NCBI GenBank assembly: GCA_963662715.1
Contig: OY759724.1
Coordinates: forward strand, 2,310,001-2,342,000
Source: Candidatus Omnitrophota bacterium
GTDB taxonomy: Bacteria; Omnitrophota; Gorgyraeia; Zapsychrales; JANLHA01
Length of the DNA: 32,000 bases
Direction of reading: 5' to 3'
The notes beneath the pieces were generated by a model. It ran no database searches, was not told the DNA's origin, and saw only the letters and a list, made by a program, of their open reading frames with translations. Below, piece by piece: positions 15,410 to 23,607 of this stretch (position 1 is the first letter of the stretch; each line of letters starts with the position of its first letter). The position numbers and the translations under genes were made by a program.

Positions 15410-16180
15410 ATGACGTCTTGTTTGCATATCCCTACGGTGGCTTCCGGGATTGTCAGTGGCTTGATTCTTCTGTTCATCGTTGTTCTCCTGTTCATCATCA
15501 TATTGTTTTGTTTTTGTGTTTTTTTTGACCAGGCTGTCTTCATCCGAAAAGGGACTTTTTTCTGCGCTCCTAATCATGGAAAAAGGGTTGCTTTAACTTT
15601 TGATGACGGCCCTTCTCCGCGCTGGACTCCCCAAATATTGGATGAGTTGTCCAAAGCAGGCATCAAGGCGACTTTTTTTATGATCGGTTATCATGTGAGC
15701 AAATATCCCGAGATCGCCCGACGAGTCGCCGAAGAGGGCCATTTAATAGGGAACCACGGCTATGCGCATAGTGTGCTGTTTTATTATAAGCCTGCCGAAA
15801 TAGAAGAGGAAATCAAATACACGGAAGAAGTGATTAGACAGGTGACAGGTCAGGTGACACGATACTTCCGCCCGCCGAAAGCGTGGCTGAGACATTCCAT
15901 TAAGGATATTATCCATTCTATGGGCTACAAGGTCGTTCTGTGGTCCTTGAATTCTAAGGATTGGGTCACGTTTAACCACCGGTCTATCGTCCGTTTTATC
16001 GTAAGACGAATTAAGAATGGAGATGTTTTGTTGTTTCATGACAGCGGGAGCATTTTCGGGATAGAAGGAGGAGACCGTACTCAGACCGTGGCTACAATAC
16101 CATTATTGGTTCAAAAGTTAAAAGAAAAGGGGTATCAATTTGTTACCATTGACGAACTATTTTCTGATGAAGAATGCTAG
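15410..16180 (+). CDS. Membrane-anchored polysaccharide deacetylase (NodB homology / CE4 domain)
   Basis: NodB motifs VALTFDDGP, HLIGNHGYAH and YFRPP. A single N-terminal TM helix (VASGIVSGLILLFIVVLLFIIILFCFCVFF) is present. The start is uncertain: ATG 15410 is chosen, with GTG 15305 and ATG 15341 as alternatives. Confidence 0.82.
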   Translation: MTSCLHIPTVASGIVSGLILLFIVVLLFIIILFCFCVFFDQAVFIRKGTFFCAPNHGKRVALTFDDGPSPRWTPQILDELSKAGIKATFFMIGYHVSKYPEIARRVAEEGHLIGNHGYAHSVLFYYKPAEIEEEIKYTEEVIRQVTGQVTRYFRPPKAWLRHSIKDIIHSMGYKVVLWSLNSKDWVTFNHRSIVRFIVRRIKNGDVLLFHDSGSIFGIEGGDRTQTVATIPLLVQKLKEKGYQFVTIDELFSDEEC

Positions 16181-17861
16181 TCATTTCAAATTAAATGTTT
16201 TCTTGCTCGTCATTGGATATGTCTTTCTCATGATGGGGAACGGCCTGGTGCCGTTGACACATCCGGACGAGGTTTTTTACGCCCAGACAGCCAAAGAAAT
16301 GATAGCCCATGACAGTTGGTTAACTCCGAGGCTTTTTGACCAGCCGCAATTTGAAAAGCCGATCCTCTTTTACTGGATGACGGCTGTCTTGATGAAAGGG
16401 GCCGGTTTAAATGCTTTTACAGCACGTTTTTGGCCGGCATTTTTTGGTGTCCTGGGAATGCTTGTCGTCTATTGGATGGCGTGGATGTTCTTTGAAAGAA
16501 AAGACGTCGCTTTTTTATCCGGTCTGATCCTGGGGACATCTACTCTCCATATCTCTTTGTCCAGGGCCGTATTAACAGATATGATGTTTTCGATGTGGGT
16601 CATCTTGTCTTTGCTGTCTTTTTATTTTGCTTATCGCTATCAAAAATATAAATTTTGGGGGATCCTGAGTTGCTTTTCCTTTATGGGCTTAGCTGTCCTG
16701 ACGAAAGGTTTGTTGGGGATGTGTTTCCCGGCCGGAACTATTGGCATTTTCCTTTTATTGAAAAAAGACCTGCGGTTTTTAGCTCATAAGTCTGTGGTCA
16801 TTGGGTTCCTTATTTTTTGGGGGATTGCCCTCCCGTGGCATATCTTCATGACGGCCCGGTACGGAGATTCGTTTTATCAGGAGTACATTCATAATGTGCA
16901 TGTCCGGCGTTTGTTTGTCTCGGAACATGACAAATGCAATACCTGGTACTTTTATCTTTTAACGGTTGTGGTCGGACTTTTTCCTTGGACCTTTATTTTC
17001 GTGCCGACGGCGCGTTTCCTTTCAAAAATTCGGAAAAAGACGGAAAAAGAGAAACAGTCATTTTTATTTATTTTGTCTTGGGTGTGCGGCGTGCTTTTGT
17101 TTATTCAACCGGCTCAGTCAAAATTGGCAAGTTATGTTTTTCCGGCTTTTCCGGCCTTTGCGATATTGGCTGCCTTTTGTTTGACACTCTTTCTGGAACA
17201 AACAGGAGAGGGAGAGAGCCGGGGCGTCAAAGCTGTCCAACTGAGTATGTGCGTGTTCGGTGCGGTCCTGGCTGTGGTGAGTGTGGGGGCTATTTTTGCC
17301 AGAGCCTTTTACCGCTCTTTTGTCCCGCATCCCTTACCGGTCTACGTTATGGCTTTGCTTTTTTTATCTTTAGCTGCGGGCCTTTTCCTCTCGGCTTATC
17401 GAAAACAATTCCAAAGGATTCCGGTTCTTTTGCCCCTGTTCCCTTTATTTCTTATCTTGTCATTCCTGATGTTTCGGCCTTTAGCCGAACCCTGGATTTC
17501 GTGCCGGAAGATTGCGGATATTTTTAACAGTATCGATCAGTCCGACACAACTGTTGTCGCCAGTAAATTCTATGTCCGCGGGATAAGATTCTTCACCGAC
17601 CGGGATGTCGCGACGATTGATGTTTGGGGCAAAGGGTTTTTCAGCCCCCATCCCATTCCTTTTCTTGACACGGATAAGAAAGCCATGGATTTCTTTAAGC
17701 AGCAACCCGAGACCTACGCTATTGTTAAAGAAAATGATGTCTCAGATATCAAAAGAATCTGCCAATTAAGCGGATGTTCTGTCCGTTATATGGGGGGGCT
17801 GGGTGGCAAATATATCTTGAAGGTTCAGTCTGGAATTCCCAAGAAAGAAGTTGTAGACTAA
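16167..17861 (+). CDS. ArnT/PMT_2-like glycosyltransferase family 39 membrane protein (lipid-carrier-dependent GT-C fold)
   Basis: The N-terminal loop THPDEVFYAQTAKEMIAHDSWLTPRLFDQPQFEKPILFYWM is the classic ArnT/PMT family signature, and the rest is polytopic. The ATG at 16167 overlaps the deacetylase stop (16178-16180) by 14 nt. Confidence 0.85.
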   Translation: MKNASHFKLNVFLLVIGYVFLMMGNGLVPLTHPDEVFYAQTAKEMIAHDSWLTPRLFDQPQFEKPILFYWMTAVLMKGAGLNAFTARFWPAFFGVLGMLVVYWMAWMFFERKDVAFLSGLILGTSTLHISLSRAVLTDMMFSMWVILSLLSFYFAYRYQKYKFWGILSCFSFMGLAVLTKGLLGMCFPAGTIGIFLLLKKDLRFLAHKSVVIGFLIFWGIALPWHIFMTARYGDSFYQEYIHNVHVRRLFVSEHDKCNTWYFYLLTVVVGLFPWTFIFVPTARFLSKIRKKTEKEKQSFLFILSWVCGVLLFIQPAQSKLASYVFPAFPAFAILAAFCLTLFLEQTGEGESRGVKAVQLSMCVFGAVLAVVSVGAIFARAFYRSFVPHPLPVYVMALLFLSLAAGLFLSAYRKQFQRIPVLLPLFPLFLILSFLMFRPLAEPWISCRKIADIFNSIDQSDTTVVASKFYVRGIRFFTDRDVATIDVWGKGFFSPHPIPFLDTDKKAMDFFKQQPETYAIVKENDVSDIKRICQLSGCSVRYMGGLGGKYILKVQSGIPKKEVVD

Positions 17862-17915
17862 TTTCGGCTTTTGTATAATCTTATTAAGTTTTAATAACAG
17901 ATCATAAGGGAGATT

Positions 17916-18905
17916 ATGACCCAGTCTAAATACCAGGAATATAAATATTTATTTGATTGTTGCCCTACGGCCATTTTAGAAGTCGATTATTTTCCGCTGA
18001 TTAAATTACGTAAACAGCTGCAGGCGCAAACGGTCACGCAGATCAAACAATATTTAACCGAACATCAAAGCCTTGTTAGAAAAGCCTTTCATAATATCAA
18101 GATTGCGGAAGCCAATGCGGCTGCACTGACGCTGTTTCATGCCAAAAGTAAGAAGGATTTAACGCAACAGTTTATCAGGGTCTTTACGGTATATGCTTTA
18201 GATTTGCTGATTGATGAATTCGATGCTTTGTTGAAGGGAGAATTGACATTTAGAGGAGAATTTAAATGTCAGATTGTGAAAAGGCATTATGTCGATTTAT
18301 TCATGAGCCTGACGGTCCCGTTAAAGAGCCGGCGTGATTTGACGGCAGTTATTGTTTCTCTAAACGATATTTCACATTTTAAAAAAATAGAACGGCAATT
18401 GAGAAAACGGGCGCAGTTAGACGGTCTTACCAGCTTGCTTAACCACATCACTATTATGCAGAGGCTGGATCAGGAACTGATGAGGGCTAAGCGCTACGGA
18501 CTCAGTTTGAGTTGTCTTATGATTGATCTTGACCATTTTAAAGTGATCAATGACCGTCTTGGGCATCCTCGCGGGGATGCCTTGTTGAAGAAAGTGGCGC
18601 ATATGATCAAAAATTGTATCCGTAAATCCGACATTATCGGACGTTACGGCGGTGATGAGTTTTTAATTATTCTTCCGGAAACAACAGCCCAGAATGCCAT
18701 TCATGTGGCTTCCAGAATACAGAAACTGTCTTTGTCCAGGATCATCCGGGATAAGAAAATCAGGCAATTTTATCTGTCGCTTAGTATAGGCATAGCCGGC
18801 TACCCTTCTAAAAGAATTAAGGACTGCAAGGACTTTATCGCTTTGGCTGATAAAGCCATGTATGATGCTAAAAAGGCGGGGAGAAACCGTGTCTCTGTAG
18901 CTTAG
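17916..18905 (+). CDS. Diguanylate cyclase (PAS-like N-terminal region + GGDEF domain with I-site)
   Basis: DGLTSLLNH, DLDHFKVINDRLGH, an RKSD I-site five residues before the intact RYGGDEFLII, and ADKAMYDAKKAGRNR. SD AAGGGAG lies upstream of the ATG. Confidence 0.9.
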   Translation: MTQSKYQEYKYLFDCCPTAILEVDYFPLIKLRKQLQAQTVTQIKQYLTEHQSLVRKAFHNIKIAEANAAALTLFHAKSKKDLTQQFIRVFTVYALDLLIDEFDALLKGELTFRGEFKCQIVKRHYVDLFMSLTVPLKSRRDLTAVIVSLNDISHFKKIERQLRKRAQLDGLTSLLNHITIMQRLDQELMRAKRYGLSLSCLMIDLDHFKVINDRLGHPRGDALLKKVAHMIKNCIRKSDIIGRYGGDEFLIILPETTAQNAIHVASRIQKLSLSRIIRDKKIRQFYLSLSIGIAGYPSKRIKDCKDFIALADKAMYDAKKAGRNRVSVA

Positions 18906-18935
18906 AGGTTCTTCTGGATTGGAATATAATATTAT

Positions 18936-18959
18936 GCCTGTCAGGTGACAGGCTTTTTT
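18936..18959 (+). terminator. Rho-independent terminator after the GGDEF gene
   Basis: Palindrome GCCTGTCA-GG-TGACAGGC (18936-18953) followed by T6 (18954-18959). Confidence 0.7.
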
Positions 18960-18960
18960 A

Positions 18961-19214
18961 AATGAGTCCCAAACTTGCGGAGCGCCAGCGAGGCAAGTTT
19001 GCTGGAGGAATTAATCCCGCTGTCCGAGGTTGGGCGGGGAATGAGTCCCAAACTTGCGGAGCGCCAGCGAGGCAAGTTTGCTGGAGGAATTAATCCCGCT
19101 GTCTGAAGTTGGGCGGGAAATGAGTCCCAAACTTGCGGAGCGCCAGCGAGGCAAGTTTGTTGGAGGAATTAATCCCGCTGTCCGAGGTTGGGCGGGAAAT
19201 GAGTCCCAAACTTA
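18961..19214. repeat. 79-bp tandem direct repeat, 3.2 copies, non-coding
   Basis: Units start at 18961, 19040, 19119 and 19198 (the last is only about 16 nt). Copies differ at 1-3 positions. Each unit holds a 9-bp perfect hairpin, CAAACTTGC-14 nt-GCAAGTTTG, and a second CCCGC-13 nt-GCGGG hairpin. A 79-bp period is not a multiple of 3. Confidence 0.9.
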
Positions 19215-19252
19215 GCTGTAAAATAGCCTGATTTTTCGCCGGAGGTTTTTTT

Positions 19253-20128
19253 GTGGGAAATAATACGTCCCGGACATATGTTGAGGTGTGTTTAGGTCCT
19301 TTCCCGGTGTCATCCGGTGAAGCTGAAATCATGTCGACCGTTTTGGCCCGGTACGGCATTCCTCGGGAGCAGGTTGTTGAACTTGTTACGGGGGGGCTTA
19401 TGTCTTTGCTGTTTTATGTCGAAGATATGCGGGAGGCTCAGCAAATTAAATCCCGGATCATTTCATTGAGCCTTCCCGGAGTGGACATCCGGTTGAATAT
19501 TTTAGTCCCTGAAGCGTGGCAGGAGACCTGGAAGGACCAGATAAGGCCGTTTCAGCTAACGGAGCGTTTTGATGTTGTGCCTCTATGGCAGAAATCCCAT
19601 TATAAGAAAGGGCGACGAATCCCTATTTATATTGATACCACACTGTCTTTCGGCACAGGCCTGCATGAAACCACGCAACTTATGGCGCTTTTGATTGAGA
19701 AATGTGAAGGGCGGTTCCGTTCTTTCCTGGATGTCGGGACCGGAACGGGAATTCTGTCCGTTATCGCTCATTACTGCGGTGCCGGAGGAATTGATTTTAT
19801 TGATATCAATGAAGACTGTATTATGACGGCAAAAAATAACATGAAGCATAATCATATCGTTCATTATCAGGCCTCCGTTTGTCCGGTGGAGATGTTCTCC
19901 CCCCGTCAACAGTATGATCTTCTTGCGGCTAATTTGACGTCTAAGGATCTGGTCCGTTGCTCGTCGAAAATTGTCGGCCTGGCCCGGCAGGGAGGGTATA
20001 TGGCTTTATCGGGTATAGCTTTGGAAAACCTTGCTGAAGTTAAGGGGTCTTTCAAGAGATTCTCTGTCCGGTGCGTTAGGATATTGAAGGCTGAATCCTG
20101 GGGCGCCCTGTTGTTTAGGAAAATATAG
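19253..20128 (+). CDS. prmA: Ribosomal protein L11 methyltransferase
   Basis: FGTGLHETTQLMALLIE and the SAM-binding motif FLDVGTGTGILS. The GTG at 19253 lies 7 nt after GGAGG (19241-19245). Confidence 0.88.
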   Translation: MGNNTSRTYVEVCLGPFPVSSGEAEIMSTVLARYGIPREQVVELVTGGLMSLLFYVEDMREAQQIKSRIISLSLPGVDIRLNILVPEAWQETWKDQIRPFQLTERFDVVPLWQKSHYKKGRRIPIYIDTTLSFGTGLHETTQLMALLIEKCEGRFRSFLDVGTGTGILSVIAHYCGAGGIDFIDINEDCIMTAKNNMKHNHIVHYQASVCPVEMFSPRQQYDLLAANLTSKDLVRCSSKIVGLARQGGYMALSGIALENLAEVKGSFKRFSVRCVRILKAESWGALLFRKI

Positions 20129-20138
20129 GATTTCTTAT

Positions 20139-20570
20139 ATGCCGTTAAAATTTAATTTAAAAGAACAGCGAAAGGCCTTAAAGGCAAGAATGCGTTCTTT
20201 AGCTATTTTTGAAAAGGATCTGGACGAGCAATTTGTGAGATCTTCGGGGAAAGGAGGCCAGAACGTTAATAAGGTTTCAACGTGTGTTGTCCTTTATCAC
20301 CGGTTGACCAGGATAAGGGTGAAATGTCAGAAGGAGAGAACCCAGGCCCTGAACCGTCTGCTTGCCCGGGAATTGTTGTGCTGTAAGGTTGAAAGGCAGA
20401 TAAAGGAAAAGCGTGAGCAAGAGACGAGAGAAAAAGAGAAAGCCCTTCGGCAGAAGCGGAAGAAGCCTGCCCGGATAAAAGAAGCCATCCTGGAAGATAA
20501 ACGGCGGCAGTCCCTCAAAAAACAGAACCGCCAGCGGATCAGTACGCGCAAATTTTTTCAAGAGGCATAA
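20139..20570 (+). CDS. RF-1 domain GGQ protein, ArfB-like peptidyl-tRNA hydrolase / ribosome rescue factor
   Basis: SSGKGGQNVNKVSTCVVL (GGQ motif), QKERTQALNR, and a long Lys/Arg-rich C-terminal tail as in ArfB/YaeJ-type proteins. Length 143 aa. Confidence 0.75.
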   Translation: MPLKFNLKEQRKALKARMRSLAIFEKDLDEQFVRSSGKGGQNVNKVSTCVVLYHRLTRIRVKCQKERTQALNRLLARELLCCKVERQIKEKREQETREKEKALRQKRKKPARIKEAILEDKRRQSLKKQNRQRISTRKFFQEA

Positions 20571-20739
20571 GAATGGATCTTATGAGAAGGGGGGAGCCGT
20601 AAGTCATATCCTTTCCCCGGAAGAAGGTTTTACGTGAGGGGCCCTGGCTTGCCAAGAATAAAAATTGCTTTTAAATAGTTTCAAAAGAGATTATGATAAC
20701 GGAGAATTCAACGTCTCCCATGGCCAGAGAAGGAGGATC

Positions 20740-22356
20740 ATGACAGATTTATTCCAGCACAAACGCAGCAGGCTGATTTTGTCGATGCTGGTTGGCGTGT
20801 TTGTTTTTTTCGGCATTATCTTTCGATTCTATCACATCAGCCGCAACGATTTTGTCTTTTACGATGAGGGGTACTATTTGAATTATAACCGTCTGGTGAT
20901 GTACCTCGTTTCCCGTCACACCCCGCAGGGATTTGATGACTTTTATCGTTCTTTTGGCGCATTCTTGCGGACATCATTGGCCAGTGCAAAAGCCCTGTGG
21001 TTTCTTGTCGTTAATGCGCGTGTTTATTTTCTGGGTTTCGATGCCTGGTTCTTCCCCAGAATTGTCTCGGCCTTGTCCGGAACGGCAACTTTGTTTTTAC
21101 TGTTCCTTTTTTCAAGACGGTTTTATGAAAAACCGGCTGTGGCCTGTCTGTCCGTTGTTATCCTTGCCCTGCTTCCCAGCCATGTCTTTTATTCGCGTTT
21201 GGGCCTGCAGGAAGCCTTGAGCACCCTGCTTGTTCTTTTAGGGTTTTATTTTTACGTCTTCCCGGCCCATTTCAGCCCCAGAGCATTTCTGGCTGCCGGG
21301 TGTTTCGCCGCAGCCTTTTTTACAAATTATCGGCTTATTATCCTCCCGGTCCTTTTTCTGTTCGCGGAAATCTGGCTCTCTTTTTCCCGGAAGGAACCCC
21401 CGCATATCCGCAAATTCATCTGGACGACTCTCACGTTTTTTTGCTGTGTTTTTATGATCGGGAACCTGGATGGAGGCAAGAATACTTATATTACCTTTGG
21501 CTGGATGTTTCATCAGGCCAATTTGGCCAAGCAGCAGTTTTCTTTCCTGAATTTGTTTTCTTTCCCCTATTATCTTTTTCGGCTTGATAATTGGATCCTC
21601 GGCTTTCTTTTTTTCGGAAATATTCTTTTTATTGTTCAAAAAAAGTGGCGATTATGTTTTCCTTTCCTTTGTGTTTGCCTGCAGATGTTGATTTTCTCCT
21701 TCGCCAGTGAGAAAGGCGCAAGATATTTATGCGTTATGACGCCTTTCATCGCCATGTCTGTCGCAGCGCTTCTATATTTTCTTTTCATGGAACAGCCTGC
21801 GAATAGATACGTTTGGGCTGCGTGCGGGTTGACGATGATTTGTTTGATGTATTTAAAGTCATGGGCCCTGACGAAAAGCGTGTCGGATTATCGGACAGCG
21901 ACGGAGTTTATCCTTTCAACAGGAAAACAGGTCAAGTTTGTTTCAACGCAGAATTATATCCAGAATTTATACGTATCTGATCCCGACAGGATCCGGGAAT
22001 GTCCTTCTCATTTCCAGGGATTGTTTTCCCTTTATTCTCAAGGCTGCCGTTTCCTCGTATTGTGTCCGCAGGCTTATGTTTCCCTGGCCGAAAACCAGGA
22101 ACGGTTCAGCCCGCGCTTAGTGAGTTTTCTGGATTTTATCCGCAGTTCAATGACCCCGGTTAAGGTGTTTCCTCATTTTAATGATGTTCTTCTGGAAAGG
22201 TTTGTTTTCGATCATAATGAGCAACTTTTGCGTTCGGTCCGGTTCCTGAGCGAAGCCCGCGCGAAGGGATACGGAGAGCTCCGCGTTTATGACCTGTCGC
22301 AGATTATGAATAAAGCGTTGGCGATATTATCCCGACAATCAAAGTCCGGGCCATGA
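20740..22356 (+). CDS. Polytopic membrane protein, GT-C fold glycosyltransferase-like (PMT_2/GT39-like)
   Basis: About 12 hydrophobic segments. The acidic motif FYDEGYY sits in the first loop after TM1. SALSGTATLFLLFLFSRRFYEKPAVACLSVVILALLPSHVFYSR resembles the PMT_2 core. The ATG at 20740 follows AGGAGG (20731-20736). Confidence 0.6.
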   Translation: MTDLFQHKRSRLILSMLVGVFVFFGIIFRFYHISRNDFVFYDEGYYLNYNRLVMYLVSRHTPQGFDDFYRSFGAFLRTSLASAKALWFLVVNARVYFLGFDAWFFPRIVSALSGTATLFLLFLFSRRFYEKPAVACLSVVILALLPSHVFYSRLGLQEALSTLLVLLGFYFYVFPAHFSPRAFLAAGCFAAAFFTNYRLIILPVLFLFAEIWLSFSRKEPPHIRKFIWTTLTFFCCVFMIGNLDGGKNTYITFGWMFHQANLAKQQFSFLNLFSFPYYLFRLDNWILGFLFFGNILFIVQKKWRLCFPFLCVCLQMLIFSFASEKGARYLCVMTPFIAMSVAALLYFLFMEQPANRYVWAACGLTMICLMYLKSWALTKSVSDYRTATEFILSTGKQVKFVSTQNYIQNLYVSDPDRIRECPSHFQGLFSLYSQGCRFLVLCPQAYVSLAENQERFSPRLVSFLDFIRSSMTPVKVFPHFNDVLLERFVFDHNEQLLRSVRFLSEARAKGYGELRVYDLSQIMNKALAILSRQSKSGP

Positions 22357-22406
22357 TGAAGATCTTCTTCAAAGGGGCGGGGATCGTGTCAAGACGGCAA
22401 AATATC

Positions 22407-23429
22407 ATGAAGTGTTTTTTGCTCATCCTGCTTTGTCTCTGGGGAGGCTGTTCGCCCGAGGCTCCGGACAAAGGGTCCAAACACTCCCAGACCCGGGTCG
22501 TCCTGGGAACATATGTGACTGTCGATGTCTGTTCCAGCAAAACGGAGGAACAGCGCCTGTCGGAGACATATCCTGCCGTTTGGACGCGGTTGGAACAGGT
22601 TGAATCCATGATGAATTACTTCGATCCGGAAAGTGAACTTTCCAGGATTAATGTTTCTTACCCGGATACGATATCGGTCCACCCGGAAATTTATCGCCTT
22701 CTTAAGTTGTCCCTGAAGTTTTCCGAATTAACCCACGGCAGTTTTGATATTACGGTGGTTCCGCTGATTCAACTATGGAAAGATGCGGCTCAAAAAGGAG
22801 ATGTCCCGGGCCCTGGAGATATCGAACAGGCCCGGAGGCATGTCGGGACACACTACATTAGCCTGTCGGATGATCAGCAGGTGCGTCTTCTCAGCCCGGA
22901 CGTTAAATTGGACCTTGCGGGGATTGCCAAAGGTTATGCGGTGGATGAAATCGCCCGTATTCTCAGGGCGGGTGGTTTTCGGAATTTTTTTGTTGATGCG
23001 GGGGGGGATATTTATGTGGGGGGACAGAGTTGTCCCGGAAGACCCTGGCGGATAGGGATTAGAGACCCGCAGAAGAAGGACGGCATCGTTGATATTGTTG
23101 AACTGACAAACCGGGCCGTGACAACGTCCGGCGGCTATGAACAGTATGTCGAGATTAAAGGCAGGCCGTATTCTCATATCATAGACCCCAGAACAGGATA
23201 TCCTCAAAACAAAATTATCAGTGCTACGGTCATCGCTCCGACAGCCCAGGAGGCGGACGCTTTATCCACCGCTCTTTGCATTTTGCCGAAAGAGGAAGGC
23301 CTTGAATTGATCGATTCTTTGGGAGATGGGTTTGCCGGTCTGCTGATTCTTCCCCGGCAGGAAGGGGGGCGTATGACATTGGTCCCCAGCCGCCGTTATG
23401 GGCCGTATCGTCTTGCCCCCGGGTCTTGA
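22407..23429 (+). CDS. apbE: FAD:protein FMN transferase (ApbE family) lipoprotein
   Basis: Lipobox LLCLWGGC, DLAGIAKGYAVD, VDAGGDIYVGG, TTSGGYEQY and SHIIDPRTGYP. The ATG at 22407 is chosen so that the signal peptide is N-terminal. Confidence 0.88.
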   Translation: MKCFLLILLCLWGGCSPEAPDKGSKHSQTRVVLGTYVTVDVCSSKTEEQRLSETYPAVWTRLEQVESMMNYFDPESELSRINVSYPDTISVHPEIYRLLKLSLKFSELTHGSFDITVVPLIQLWKDAAQKGDVPGPGDIEQARRHVGTHYISLSDDQQVRLLSPDVKLDLAGIAKGYAVDEIARILRAGGFRNFFVDAGGDIYVGGQSCPGRPWRIGIRDPQKKDGIVDIVELTNRAVTTSGGYEQYVEIKGRPYSHIIDPRTGYPQNKIISATVIAPTAQEADALSTALCILPKEEGLELIDSLGDGFAGLLILPRQEGGRMTLVPSRRYGPYRLAPGS

Positions 23430-23546
23430 GGTGGTTGTGCGGGACGGAATGTGTTTTTTATGGCATGATACATGATACCGTTATGTACGCGGGATAATGT
23501 TCGGGCAGGATAATTTCAGTAAAAGGATGTCCAAGATACGAAAATT

Positions 23547-23555
23547 TGCTATAAT
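23547..23555 (+). promoter_or_regulatory. Candidate extended -10 element upstream of glgP
   Basis: TGcTATAAT at 23547-23555, about 50 nt upstream of the start. No good -35 hexamer is present. Confidence 0.35.
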
Positions 23556-23607
23556 ATTACCCTTCGAGGATAATGTTGTATCAATATTTTAAAACTTAAA
23601 GGAGGTT

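Noticed and set aside
15179-15577. A 132-aa minus-strand ORF in the gap between the IS element and the deacetylase.
   Set aside because: Its sequence is highly charged and low-complexity, and it has no SD. It overlaps the deacetylase's transmembrane-coding segment in antisense, where the T-rich sense strand gives Lys/Asn/Glu-rich antisense. No family resemblance was seen.
19090-19359. An 89-aa minus-strand ORF spanning the 79-bp repeats and the prmA start.
   Set aside because: It is built from repeat sequence whose period is not a multiple of 3 and it overlaps the prmA 5' end in antisense. It has no start signals or homology.
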